Below, piece after piece: positions 25,566-34,716 of a stretch of 50,990 nt of DNA (its first letter is position 1; each line of letters begins with the position of its first letter). Location: positions 1 to 50,990 of IMG/VR virus record IMGVR_UViG_3300017700_000695; one strand, given 5' to 3'. This DNA is from a virus. Its lineage: Duplodnaviria > Caudoviricetes. Under the pieces are notes generated by a model. That model saw only the letters and a list, made by a program, of their open reading frames with translations. It was not told the DNA's origin and ran no database searches. The translations under genes were made by a program, and so were the position numbers.

Positions 25566-26227
25566 GTCGGTTGGCCGGTGATGGCGGCCTCAATTGAAGC
25601 CTCCACCTCCCAAGCAATTTGCCGAACGGTGGCATAGTGAGCGTCCGTCATGGCCTTTCCGCTTATCCGGACTTGAGGGGCGGCGTCCGACCTCATCTGA
25701 ATGTATGCTGCGTCGGTGAGAACTGGGTTCAAGTGGGCGCCGCCATCCTTGTTCCTGAGGTTGAACACCAGGCTTTTCCTGCTGAGCGTCGGCCCGGCGC
25801 TGGAGGCATAGATTTTCTCGTCCCACCATTTGGAGAAAGCCAGGCTCCGTTTCCAAGCGGCTCCTGCGGGAACGGGCCCCGCCGGGACGTATGTGGTTCC
25901 GTTATCGTCCATTCGCACCAGCAACAGGGGCAGGGGCGGCTGCATCATTTGTTGGCCTGGGCGGCGGACCCGGTTTCCCAGGTGTTCTCCATAAAGTCCG
26001 CGCGACGAGCTGATGAAACGCATGGAAGGCTTTAGTCCCGCCTGGCCCAACAGCGATGATGTTGGTGACCGGCCGCTCTGGTCGTGAACCAAAATGTGAA
26101 TCGCCGTTGCCATGCGCTCTGCTTCCCAAAGCTCGCCTCGATCGAAGGCAGCGCATGAGGACCGGAGGCCGCGGCGCTGGATGGCCAGCTTTTCGGCAAT
26201 GTCATCTCGCGGACTCGGATGGGTCAA
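25562..26227 (-). CDS. Hypothetical accessory (moron) protein
   Basis: Lower GC, antisense; FDRG, WW.E.I, RNKDGGAH, VRQIAWE. Confidence 0.65.
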   Translation of the reverse strand: MTHPSPRDDIAEKLAIQRRGLRSSCAAFDRGELWEAERMATAIHILVHDQSGRSPTSSLLGQAGLKPSMRFISSSRGLYGEHLGNRVRRPGQQMMQPPLPLLLVRMDDNGTTYVPAGPVPAGAAWKRSLAFSKWWDEKIYASSAGPTLSRKSLVFNLRNKDGGAHLNPVLTDAAYIQMRSDAAPQVRISGKAMTDAHYATVRQIAWEVEASIEAAITGQPT

Positions 26228-26327
26228 GGTCGCGACTCCGGTTGCTGCGCTCTAGCTTCGCACAGGGGAAAGTCTTGTCCCACAGCTGTTCCCGAAGTCG
26301 TCTGACCCCCACGACCCTACTTCCGCT

Positions 26328-26942
26328 GTGCTCTATCACGCCCACGAACTGGGCTGGCGAATGCCGGCGCGGATCAGGTTGTTTCACGCCCCCAAGACGC
26401 GGGTGACGGTCCCGGCCAGCCGTCGCTGGCTGGAGACCTTCATAGATCGCTGCGACGTCGACCGGCTGCCCCACCTGGCGGCCTGCGTGCTGACGATGAA
26501 CCTCTGCGGCGCGCGGGTCTCCGAGGCTATCAACCTGCTGGGCGAGCATGTGGATCTCCGCGAGAGGACCGCGCTGCTGGTGAAGACCAAGACCGGACTG
26601 AACAGCCTGCGCTACCTGCCCGACCACCTGGTCGAGCGCATCCGCGAGCTGGGCCTGACGCCCGGCGAGCGGGTGTTCCGCTACACCTCGCGGTTCTCGG
26701 TCAATGAGCGGATCTTCGCGGTCTGCGAGCGGGCGGGCCTGCCCTACAAGTCCAGCCACACGGTTGGCCGCCACGCCTTCGCGACCAACGCGCTCAACGC
26801 CGGCGTCGGGGTGCGGATCGCCATGGACGCCGGGGGTTGGAAGTCCTCGACGATCTTCCTTGAGACCTATGCACACACGCTCGAAGCCGGGCGCGTGGTG
26901 CGGGACCGCTTCAACGCCATCCACCACAGCGACCAGTTCTAG
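26328..26942 (+). pseudogene. N-terminally truncated tyrosine recombinase (catalytic domain only)
   Basis: GARVSEA, KTKTG, HTVGRH.FAT, GGWKS, TYAH; in-frame stop at 26253-26255, no start or RBS upstream, no core-binding domain. Confidence 0.7.
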
Positions 26943-27003
26943 GCGGCCCGCAGGTCGCCCCCGCACCTTCTCCACATCACCGACGGACGGAGTATCGCCC
27001 GCC

Positions 27004-27426
27004 ATGAATCCCCAATGGATCGGCATCGCCGTGTCCGTGGCCGTCGTCTTGGGCGGGACCGCGGTCAACCTGTTCATCATCGGCCGGTTCGTCGGTCAGT
27101 GGAGCGAGGCCATGAAGAACATCGTCGCAACGCTGTCGAAGGTAGAAACGCGGCTGGAGGAGGTCGACGACCGCGCCGAGGCTACCGAGAGCAAGCGGAC
27201 CCTGATGGAGGCGAGGTTGGGCCACGTCGAGGGCGGCGTCGATCGCTTCTGGGAGATGCGCGACGAGTTCGTGACCATGCGGGTGACGGTCGAGCAGCAG
27301 GGCAAGCACAGCAGCGAGAAGTTGGACAGCCTGGCGCGATCCTACGGCGTCATCGAGCGCCAGCTGGCGAACCTTGTCTCCACCCGATCAGGGTTCACGA
27401 CCCTCAACAGCGAAAACAAGAACTGA
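27004..27426 (+). CDS. Membrane-anchored coiled-coil lysis-region protein
   Basis: N-terminal TM then coiled coil; GGAG RBS. Confidence 0.65.
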   Translation: MNPQWIGIAVSVAVVLGGTAVNLFIIGRFVGQWSEAMKNIVATLSKVETRLEEVDDRAEATESKRTLMEARLGHVEGGVDRFWEMRDEFVTMRVTVEQQGKHSSEKLDSLARSYGVIERQLANLVSTRSGFTTLNSENKN

Positions 27427-27433
27427 GGCAGCC

Positions 27434-27739
27434 ATGACCGATACCCCCATTGCGGCCCCGTCGTGGCCGCCGCCTTCGGGTCTGGACCAGGCCAAGGCCT
27501 TCATCGGCGACCTCGCCCGCCCGTTCGCCATCATCGTCACCTCCGGCTCAGCGGCCGTCTCTGGCGTCGTTATCGCCACCAAAGTCGAGAGCTTTGAGGG
27601 CGCGGCCATATTCATCGGCGCCATCTACGCAGGCGTTGGTGCGCTCTTCGGCGCCAAGGCCTGGGAGAACGCCAAGACGGGCCGGCAGGCGGCGGACGTC
27701 GAGATCGCCAAGGCGACGACCCCAGGAGCAACCCAATGA
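27434..27739 (+). CDS. Holin candidate
   Basis: Two TM segments; directly before the endolysin. Confidence 0.65.
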   Translation: MTDTPIAAPSWPPPSGLDQAKAFIGDLARPFAIIVTSGSAAVSGVVIATKVESFEGAAIFIGAIYAGVGALFGAKAWENAKTGRQAADVEIAKATTPGATQ

Positions 27740-28350
27740 GCCTGAGCAATCCCGCGGCGTTCTTCGCTAAGGTCCGCGCCGGGCTCCTAGGCCCCACCCT
27801 TTCGACGGATGAGGTTTCCGGCTGCGAAGCCATCCTCAAGGCCATGGAAGGCGCGCCGCTATCCTGGGCGGCCTACGCGCTCGCCACGGCCTACCTCGAG
27901 ACGGCCCACACCATGCAGCCGATCAAGGAGATGGGCGGCCCGGCCTATCTCACCAGGATGTACGACATCCAGGGCCACCGGCCAGCGAAGGCGCGCGAGC
28001 TCGGCAACCTGCAGCCGGGCGACGGCGCCCGCTATGCGGGCCGGGGCTATGTTCAGCTGACGGGGCGCAACAACTACCTGCGCGCCGAGAAGAAGCTGGG
28101 ACTGCCCCTCGTCGCCGAGCCGGACATCGCCATGGATGCCGGTCCGGCCGCCTCGATCATGCGCCGCGGAATGGAGGAGGGGTGGTTCACCGGCCGCCGC
28201 TTGCCGTCGTACCTCGCGAAAGAGGGCGCGGCCGCCCACGTCGCCTTCAAGGAAGCCCGCCGGATCATCAACGGCCAGGATCGCGCAGCGGACGTGGCGG
28301 ACTATGCCGTGGAGTTTCAGGACGCGCTGCTCTTGGGGGGCTGGTCATGA
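27736..28350 (+). CDS. Endolysin, GH19-like
   Basis: AYALATAYLET, P.KE.G, GRGYVQLTGR.NY, ARRIING.D. Confidence 0.9.
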   Translation: MSLSNPAAFFAKVRAGLLGPTLSTDEVSGCEAILKAMEGAPLSWAAYALATAYLETAHTMQPIKEMGGPAYLTRMYDIQGHRPAKARELGNLQPGDGARYAGRGYVQLTGRNNYLRAEKKLGLPLVAEPDIAMDAGPAASIMRRGMEEGWFTGRRLPSYLAKEGAAAHVAFKEARRIINGQDRAADVADYAVEFQDALLLGGWS

Positions 28351-28778
28351 TCGCCGCCATCCTCGCCTTCATGGGCACGCGGCTCGGCGGAGGGATCGCT
28401 GCGGCGATCGCGGCCGTCTTGGTCCTCGGCCTGGGCGTCCAAACCGCCCGCTTGGCCGGCGCTCACGGCGACGTCGCCAAGCTCACGGACCGGATCGAGA
28501 ACCCGCGCACGGGCTACATCGCCAAGCTTTCCACCTGCCAAGGCAACGTCGCTGGCCTGGAGAGCGCGGTGAAGGCCCAGAACAACGCCGTGGCGGCCAT
28601 GGGGGCCGAGAGCGCCCGGAAGATGGACGCTGCTTCCATCGCGGTTACAGCGGCCATCCAGGGCCGCGCCAGCGCCGAGGGAAGGGCGGCCAAGCTCCTG
28701 CGCGCGCCTCCCGCCGGCATCGACGCCTGCGCTCGCATGCAGGCCGCGGACAGCGCCGTCTTGGAGACCCTGCAATGA
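28347..28778 (+). CDS. Inner-membrane spanin (Rz-like)
   Basis: N-terminal TM and helical periplasmic domain with Cys; follows the endolysin. Confidence 0.75.
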   Translation: MIAAILAFMGTRLGGGIAAAIAAVLVLGLGVQTARLAGAHGDVAKLTDRIENPRTGYIAKLSTCQGNVAGLESAVKAQNNAVAAMGAESARKMDAASIAVTAAIQGRASAEGRAAKLLRAPPAGIDACARMQAADSAVLETLQ

Positions 28779-29050
28779 AGACCCTCGCCATCCTGCCGCT
28801 GCTGCTGGTCCTGGGCGCCTGCGCGCACGCCGCGCCGGAGCCCGTCATCCATACCGTCGAGGTGAAGGTCCCCGTGGCTGTCGCCTGCGTGCCGAGCTCG
28901 ATCAGGCCGAGCCCGACCTATCCGGACACCAAGGAAGCGCTGAAGAAGTCGGCCGGGCCGGCCGAGCGGTATCAACTGCTCGCCGCCGGCCGCCTTCTCC
29001 GAGATCAGCGCCTCGCTGAGATCGAGCCGGTGATCGACGCCTGCCGATAA
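28775..29050 (+). CDS. Outer-membrane lipoprotein spanin (Rz1-like)
   Basis: Lipobox LGAC; VEVKVPV.V.C; Pro-rich. Confidence 0.8.
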   Translation: MKTLAILPLLLVLGACAHAAPEPVIHTVEVKVPVAVACVPSSIRPSPTYPDTKEALKKSAGPAERYQLLAAGRLLRDQRLAEIEPVIDACR

Positions 29051-29088
29051 CTGGACTTGCGCTTTTCACAGGTCCAGCCACCGCCCTC

Positions 29089-29124
29089 AGGCCCGCCGTC
29101 CCTAACCGGGGCGGCGGGCCTTCT
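29089..29124. terminator. Hairpin between convergent lysis and BRO genes
   Basis: AGGCCCGCCG...CGGCGGGCCT inverted repeat followed by TCT. Confidence 0.7.
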
Positions 29125-29136
29125 GCGTTCTGGGCC

Positions 29137-29955
29137 CTACTTCCGGCGGGCCAGCTTCCGCAGGGTCGGCGAGGTCATCATACCGGGCTTGGGCTTGTTC
29201 GGCGCCGGGAGGAGCTGGGGCAGGTAGACCAGGGCCCGGGGATCGCGCGTCCGGAAGTAGTCCTCGGCGCACTCGGGGATCCACACCTGATCGATGAAGT
29301 CGAGGTAGAGGTGGAGAAGCCGCCGCGGGTATTGGCGGGCCAGGACGTCGATCTGCGGCGTGGTGTGGACGTAGTGGGAGTGATCGTTGGCCGCTTCGGG
29401 GTGGAGCTCGTTCAGCCAGGCGGCGAACCGCTTACCCACGCTGATGTCCGGCCGCAGTTCTTTCCCGTCCAGAGCGCGGTCGGGCATCACATAGCCTGCC
29501 ATCTCCAGTCGGCCCCAGAGGCGCACGACCAGCTCGTTGATAACTGAGAAGTGGCCTTCCTCGACGCGGTCCCAATTGGCCTGGAAGCGCTTGATGAAGG
29601 CAGGCACGGCGCCGCCATATCCGCCTGTCTTGCGGATGGAGGGCAACACCTCCGAGGTGACCCACTTCTTGAAGCGTTTCGCGCCCGGCTTGTCGGAGCG
29701 AAGGATCACTGAGTAGAGGCCGGACTCGCTGATAATCGTCATCGAGCGCGCCCCGCCGCGGACGCCGGTTTGACCCTCGGTCAGACCGAGGGTCATTTTC
29801 TCGTCGTCATCTAGCCGCGCCGCGGCGTCGGAAGGATTCTTGATATCGAGAGCCCGACACACGTCCACGAGGACGAACCAGGGTTCGCCATCTCGGTTGA
29901 TGGTGCGGAATTGAGAGTGGTCTTCGGTCTCGAAAACCTGAAGGGCCTGCTGCAT
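29137..29955 (-). CDS. BRO-N domain antirepressor-like protein
   Basis: GEPWFVLVDVCRAL, ISESGLYSVILRS.KP.AKRFKKWVTSEVLPSIRKTG. Confidence 0.9.
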   Translation of the reverse strand: MQQALQVFETEDHSQFRTINRDGEPWFVLVDVCRALDIKNPSDAAARLDDDEKMTLGLTEGQTGVRGGARSMTIISESGLYSVILRSDKPGAKRFKKWVTSEVLPSIRKTGGYGGAVPAFIKRFQANWDRVEEGHFSVINELVVRLWGRLEMAGYVMPDRALDGKELRPDISVGKRFAAWLNELHPEAANDHSHYVHTTPQIDVLARQYPRRLLHLYLDFIDQVWIPECAEDYFRTRDPRALVYLPQLLPAPNKPKPGMMTSPTLRKLARRK

Positions 29956-30131
29956 TGGTGGACATCCTTGTATGGATGCCGGGAAGGGGTTGACCTCACG
30001 CCCGAGGGTGTTGATATCGGGCTTCTGTTGCTTGGCCTCGCCCTTCCGCGGCGGGTTAAGTTAGGGTCCGGCCACCTCCACAGTGGCCGGACCCCATACA
30101 TCCGCCGCTTCGACGCGCGGTTCAAGCCAAC

Positions 30132-30146
30132 GTTCGCTTTCCGTTC
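30132..30146. promoter_or_regulatory. Alphaproteobacterial LexA (SOS) box
   Basis: GTTC-GCTTTCC-GTTC (GTTC-N7-GTTC), upstream of the BRO gene. Confidence 0.7.
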
Positions 30147-30255
30147 TCGTTAAACTGCCTGCCGTCCACAGAACATCGGTGTGGCGGTCAGCCGCATATG
30201 CCCAGTTTGAGTTGGATTTGCGGGTTTTGCGCTGCGCCGGCGCGGGATAGCTTTC

Positions 30256-30489
30256 GTGATGGACGAAAACGAACTTCGCATCGCTGGCGCCGAGCGAGCC
30301 CTGCTTGCCCTGGCCGCCCACCTCCAGCCCCGCGACGTCCAAGCGTCGATCCATGCCCTGACCCAAGACCTCGCCAAGGCGACAGACGAAGACGAGCGCA
30401 CGTCCATCCTGCACGCCATTCAGCTACTCGAGGACGGCCTAGCGCGCTGGGACGAGTTCAGCGCGGGCCGAGTGCTCTGGTCTCGCTAG
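30256..30489 (+). CDS. Hypothetical protein
   Basis: 77-aa helical ORF. Confidence 0.5.
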   Translation: MMDENELRIAGAERALLALAAHLQPRDVQASIHALTQDLAKATDEDERTSILHAIQLLEDGLARWDEFSAGRVLWSR

Positions 30490-30668
30490 GTGCGCGCCTT
30501 GACGATCTTCGTCAGCAGCTTCGCGGCGGTCGCCTTGGGGTCGTTCTTTGCCTTGGCTCGCTCAGACCCATAGGCCGACGAGACCACGACCTCTCCGTCC
30601 ACGACGTGCCAGCTCGCGTTCCAGCGGCGGCCGGCGTGGGTGATCTCGACGTTCCTGATCTGCAGCAT
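30486..30668 (-). CDS. Hypothetical protein
   Basis: 60-aa ORF with V.SAYGS motif. Confidence 0.55.
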   Translation of the reverse strand: MLQIRNVEITHAGRRWNASWHVVDGEVVVSSAYGSERAKAKNDPKATAAKLLTKIVKART

Positions 30669-30701
30669 GGCGACTCAGTGCGTTCGCCTGGCCCGGGTTC
30701 C

Positions 30702-31058
30702 CTACCGACCTGGCCGACGCCGCGGGCGCTTTCCAACCCAGCCGTCCATCGTCGACTCAATCGGCAGCGGCGCGTCGGACGGAAGCTCCGGGCTCAGCAG
30801 CGGCCGGAACGGCGTCCCCAGGCCGGGCGACGCCATGAACATTAGCAGCCCATCGCAGGCCGGATCGAGGCATGGCGGATGACGGTCCCACAGCGTCGCC
30901 TCGGGGCTCCCGAGCTCGCGGATCATCTCGTCGAGGTCGACATCATGCCACTTGCCGCAGGCCTGGCAGCTGGCCCGAACGACCGTCCCCTCCGCCTTCA
31001 TGGCGCCGAGGGTGGACATCCAGCGCATCGGGACTGGGTAGGCGTCGCGAAGGCCCAT
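30702..31058 (-). CDS. Zn-ribbon-like hypothetical protein
   Basis: CQACG and C...C motifs; GTPFRPL. Confidence 0.6.
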   Translation of the reverse strand: MGLRDAYPVPMRWMSTLGAMKAEGTVVRASCQACGKWHDVDLDEMIRELGSPEATLWDRHPPCLDPACDGLLMFMASPGLGTPFRPLLSPELPSDAPLPIESTMDGWVGKRPRRRPGR

Positions 31059-31525
31059 CAGACCGGCGCCTTGGTGCGCTTGGTGACAGCAGCAGCGCCA
31101 GCGGGCGAGAGGGGGTAGACGTCCGTCGCGGGCGCGCGCGGCGCCCAGCTGTGGTGCGCGGCCTCCTTCCGCTCGACTTCCCTCCACCGCTCGTCGGCAA
31201 TCTCCAAGGGCATCTCATGCTCGCGGAGCAGCCGCCGCAGTCTGAGATCACGCTGCTGCCAGAGAGTGAAGCCTTCGTCTCGATCAAACCCGCTTGAGAT
31301 GTTGTCCCCGGCATGGTCGCTGGTCCAAGCGCCGCGCCAGCCGCAGGCCTCGCAGCGGATCCGCGCGCAGACCTCGGCCTCGGTAGCCAGCAGGGCGGCC
31401 CCGAACCGGCACAGCAGGCCCACGCTGTCGTAAGTCGCGAGGGCTTTTCGGCAGCCGCCGCAGTGGAAGGTCAGCCGCCAGCCGCCCTCGACAACGGCCG
31501 CCAGAGTTCGATCGGGGCAACCCAT
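31058..31525 (-). CDS. Zn-ribbon-like hypothetical protein whose start abuts the IS end
   Basis: CGGCR and RCEACG; ATG directly adjacent to the IS left repeat. Confidence 0.55.
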   Translation of the reverse strand: MGCPDRTLAAVVEGGWRLTFHCGGCRKALATYDSVGLLCRFGAALLATEAEVCARIRCEACGWRGAWTSDHAGDNISSGFDRDEGFTLWQQRDLRLRRLLREHEMPLEIADERWREVERKEAAHHSWAPRAPATDVYPLSPAGAAAVTKRTKAPV

Positions 31526-31591
31526 CGGCAATTATGCACTTGAGATACCACGGTTGATTTGATAGGGTTTTCTCAACAAGCGAGAAACCCG

Positions 31592-32545
31592 ATGTCTACC
31601 GACCTGACCGCCCCGATTTTCCACGATGAAGACGCCGCCCGCGCTCACTTCCAAGCGCTGCGCTGGCCGCATGGTCCGGTCTGCCCGCATTGCGGCGTGG
31701 TCGATAACGCCACGGAGATGAAGGGCCGCACGACCCGTCCGGGCCTGTTCAAGTGCAAGGAAAAGGAATGCCGCAAGCCGTTCACCGCCACGATGGGCAC
31801 GGTTTACGAGCGCTCGCATATCCCGCTGCATAAATGGCTGCTGGCGACCCACCTGATGTGCTCGTCAAAGAAGGGGATCAGCGCCCACCAGCTGTTCCGG
31901 ATGCTCGGTTTCGGCTCCTACAAGACCGCTTGGTTCATGGCCCATCGCATCCGCGAGGCGATGAACCTGCCCGCCGAGCCGTCCCCGCTGGGCGGTGAAG
32001 GCAAGTTCGTTGAGGTCGATGAAACCTACGTGGGCGGCAAGGAAGCCAACAAGCACAAGTCCAAGCGGGCCGCGAAGGGCGACGCCTTCGGCGCTAAGCA
32101 AGCTGTCGTCACCCTCGTTGAGCGTGGCGGTCGCGCCCGTTCGTTCCACGTCGCCAGCGTCACCGCGAAGACCCTGCGCCCGATCATCGTGAAGACCGCC
32201 AACCGCGCCTCTCACCTGATGACGGACGGCGCTCGCATGTACCCGGCGGTCGGCAAGGAGTTCGCCGCTCATAGCGCCGTCGATCACGCCGCTGGCGAGT
32301 ACGTCCGCCACGGCCTGCATCACTCCAACACGGTCGAGAACTACTTCTCGATCCTGAAGCGCGGGATCACCGGCACGTTCCACCACGTCTCGGAAGCGCA
32401 CCTCTCGCGCTATCTGGTGGAGTTCGATTTCCGCTACTCGAACCGCTCTGGCCTCGGGGTCACCGACGCCATGCGGGCCGATGAGGCCGTGCGCGGCGTG
32501 GTCGGCAAGCGCCTGACCTATCGACAGCCTCGTCAAGCCGCGTAG
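31592..32545 (+). CDS. IS1595-family DDE transposase
   Basis: RWP.GPVCPHCG Zn finger, VEVDETYVGG, LMTDG, NTVENYFS.LKRG..G..HH.S..HL.RYL.EFDFRY. Confidence 0.95.
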   Translation: MSTDLTAPIFHDEDAARAHFQALRWPHGPVCPHCGVVDNATEMKGRTTRPGLFKCKEKECRKPFTATMGTVYERSHIPLHKWLLATHLMCSSKKGISAHQLFRMLGFGSYKTAWFMAHRIREAMNLPAEPSPLGGEGKFVEVDETYVGGKEANKHKSKRAAKGDAFGAKQAVVTLVERGGRARSFHVASVTAKTLRPIIVKTANRASHLMTDGARMYPAVGKEFAAHSAVDHAAGEYVRHGLHHSNTVENYFSILKRGITGTFHHVSEAHLSRYLVEFDFRYSNRSGLGVTDAMRADEAVRGVVGKRLTYRQPRQAA

Positions 32546-32589
32546 CCGCAAGCAGAAGGTTCGGAAGATCCGATCTCTGCGGCGGAAGG

Positions 32590-32724
32590 CTAAGCTTTCT
32601 TCGGACTCTTAGGTTTTGGCGCCCTAGGCTGCGGCGGGGTGGCAAGCATACGCTTGATCACCTCGTCACGGCGGCGGGCCGTCTCTTCGTCGCTGAGCGG
32701 GGCGTCGGGGGGCTGTTCTGTCAT
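32590..32724 (-). CDS. Small IS-associated protein
   Basis: ETARRRDEVIKRMLATPPQP. Confidence 0.55.
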   Translation of the reverse strand: MTEQPPDAPLSDEETARRRDEVIKRMLATPPQPRAPKPKSPKKA

Positions 32725-32736
32725 GGCGCGGATTCT

Positions 32737-33543
32737 ATGACGAATGTTTCTCAGAAACGATGCCCCTTCTGCGAGAAGCAGGGGAGGCTTTCTAAAGAGC
32801 ACCCGTTTGGCAAATGGGCGCGGCCATACCTACGGATGCCCAGCGCCCAGACGGTACACTCCGTATCCCGACCAACAGGTGATCTTACTACCGGCATGGA
32901 CTGGTCCGTAACTCGGGTACGAAACGGCGACCCCGCACGGCAGCAAATCCAGTCGGCGTGCATAGACTGCAACACGCTCTGGATGTCCGGCATACAGGGT
33001 CGAACATCGAGCATTGCGCTGCCCTTCGTCCGCGGCGAGTTTCCTTACCTGAGGGAGGCGCGGCGCACACAACTCGCGACTTGGGCGACCATGGTCACCA
33101 TGAACCTGGAGTATTGGGACCGAGAGACCGTCCAAGTCCCACAGGTGCAGCGCACAGCCTTGATGCGGGACCTTGCACCGCCACCAAACTGGTATGTCGG
33201 GATCACGCGCTACGCCGGAACACGCCTCGACGGCGCATTCTACCATCGAGCGATGAGAGTTATCCTCGACGAGCTAGACGGGCCCGAAGCTATCTCCGAC
33301 GCACACGATGCGCAGGCGACGGTTTTTGCTTTGGGCAAGACGTTGTTTCACACCTTCAGCGTAAGCAGCGCGGAGGGCTTTTCGGCCGCCATCGAAGACC
33401 CGCTCACGTACGGCAGCGCCTTCGGTCTCCGCACAATCTGGCCCATTGATGGCGGCAACATCCAAGCCGCCCTCCACCCCTACACCGACCCCGATGTCGC
33501 CAATCTTCTCCAGGGCTTCGGGGGCGATCCCGTTAGTATCTAG
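32737..33543 (+). CDS. IS passenger, HNH-like (CxxC-EH-CxxCN) protein
   Basis: CPFC....LSKEHPF..W and ACIDCNTLWMS; lower GC. Confidence 0.65.
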   Translation: MTNVSQKRCPFCEKQGRLSKEHPFGKWARPYLRMPSAQTVHSVSRPTGDLTTGMDWSVTRVRNGDPARQQIQSACIDCNTLWMSGIQGRTSSIALPFVRGEFPYLREARRTQLATWATMVTMNLEYWDRETVQVPQVQRTALMRDLAPPPNWYVGITRYAGTRLDGAFYHRAMRVILDELDGPEAISDAHDAQATVFALGKTLFHTFSVSSAEGFSAAIEDPLTYGSAFGLRTIWPIDGGNIQAALHPYTDPDVANLLQGFGGDPVSI

Positions 33544-33624
33544 CGCCGGCCTGTCAGTTGACACCTGTAATTCCGTTCTCGGTTGGGCGCCAGCACTTTT
33601 GGTATCTCAAGTGCATAAGTGCCG

Positions 33625-33856
33625 TGTTGACGGTGAGCGAGCCGCCCTCGAACACGAAGGCCTCGGAATACTTCAAGCTGGGGCTCGCGAATGGATAGGG
33701 CCTTGGCTCCGTTCTAGACGGGTGGCCTTCGGAGCGGGCGGCGAGGATCGCGCGGGCCACGCGCTGGTGCAGATGGTTCCGCCCGGCCCCGATCATGCCC
33801 CGACCGCCGTCGTGGATCGCTTTCAGCGCGAGTGTTTCAGCTTCCTCATACGTCAT
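33625..33856 (-). pseudogene. Early-arm gene running into the IS right end
   Basis: ORF 33856->33554 crosses the inverted repeat at 33624, so its native 3' end is lost. Confidence 0.5.
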
Positions 33857-34211
33857 GGTCAGCGCCCTTGTTCTGGGAGGCGGTCTCGATCATCGCGTGC
33901 CAGCGATCCAGCCGGCCCTCTTTCATCAGGGCGCGGGCGAAGATGTCGGTTTCGGACAGTCCGAAGTGAGCTGCCGCCTTCTTGAGGTTGGCGATCACGT
34001 CCGCGATCTCGTCGGCCAACCATTCGCGGTTGGGCTTGCCGGTGATCGGTTCGATCTCACCGACGCCCTGGATCAGGCAGCGGGCGGCGGCTGAGACCAA
34101 TTCGCTGGCCTCCTCCATCAGCTTGCCAAGCACGGCCACGTCCAGCGGGTCAGACATCGGAACCCACGGGTTCAGCGGTTTGTCGTCGGTCACTTTCGCT
34201 GCTCCGCTCAT
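33846..34211 (-). CDS. MazG-like NTP pyrophosphohydrolase
   Basis: KLMEEASELV and LADEIADV acidic helices. Confidence 0.65.
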   Translation of the reverse strand: MSGAAKVTDDKPLNPWVPMSDPLDVAVLGKLMEEASELVSAAARCLIQGVGEIEPITGKPNREWLADEIADVIANLKKAAAHFGLSETDIFARALMKEGRLDRWHAMIETASQNKGADHDV

Positions 34212-34711
34212 TGGTCGGATCCTGTGGTGGCTCCGGAGGCGGTTTCGGTGAGCCGGTAGACGATGCTGTGATCGGCCGGCAGATAGGCGCGGAAGGCCGC
34301 CACCGCTTCGTCCAGATTGGGGTGGCGCTGGCCCATGCCGCCCTCGTGGCCGCGCTGCCAGAATCCCAGTTCGAGATAGCCGCGGGCCTTGGCGGAGATC
34401 TCGCACCGGATGCGGGCTTCGTGGCAAAGGAACACCAGCGCGGTCAGCTTGTAGAAGTCGAAGGTTGAGAAGCCGTCGTCGCGCAGGGTGACGAACATCC
34501 CACCGCCGACGTTCCAGTCGGTCTTGTCCCAGGAGATCGGGGCGTTATAGATCCCGCCGCAGACCATCCCGAGGATGTCCATCACGCGGCCCTGGAAGGG
34601 CGTCAGGGTCTCGGGCTTGGTCCTGTAGCCCTTGCGGTGGCTCCGCATCTTGTTGTCCGCGGCGTTGCTGTTCTCGACCCAGCCCGCGTGGTCCATGCTC
34701 TGGTAGCTCAT
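34208..34711 (-). CDS. Hypothetical protein
   Basis: STFDF..LT.LV.LCH...IR.EI and RHP.L; coupled to its neighbour. Confidence 0.65.
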   Translation of the reverse strand: MSYQSMDHAGWVENSNAADNKMRSHRKGYRTKPETLTPFQGRVMDILGMVCGGIYNAPISWDKTDWNVGGGMFVTLRDDGFSTFDFYKLTALVFLCHEARIRCEISAKARGYLELGFWQRGHEGGMGQRHPNLDEAVAAFRAYLPADHSIVYRLTETASGATTGSDQ

Positions 34712-34716
34712 CAGTC

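Larger units (their letters stand above)
31526..33624 (+). mobile_element. IS1595-family element carrying passenger genes
   Basis: 25-bp terminal inverted repeats matching 24/25 (CGGCAATTATGCACTTGAGATACCA at 31526-31550; TGGTATCTCAAGTGCATAAGTGCCG at 33600-33624); no flanking duplication seen. Confidence 0.9.

Noticed and set aside
26328-26942. Functional prophage integrase or tail-fibre shufflon invertase
   Set aside because: It lacks the N-terminal domains, and I found no inverted-repeat-flanked cassettes or att core by eye.
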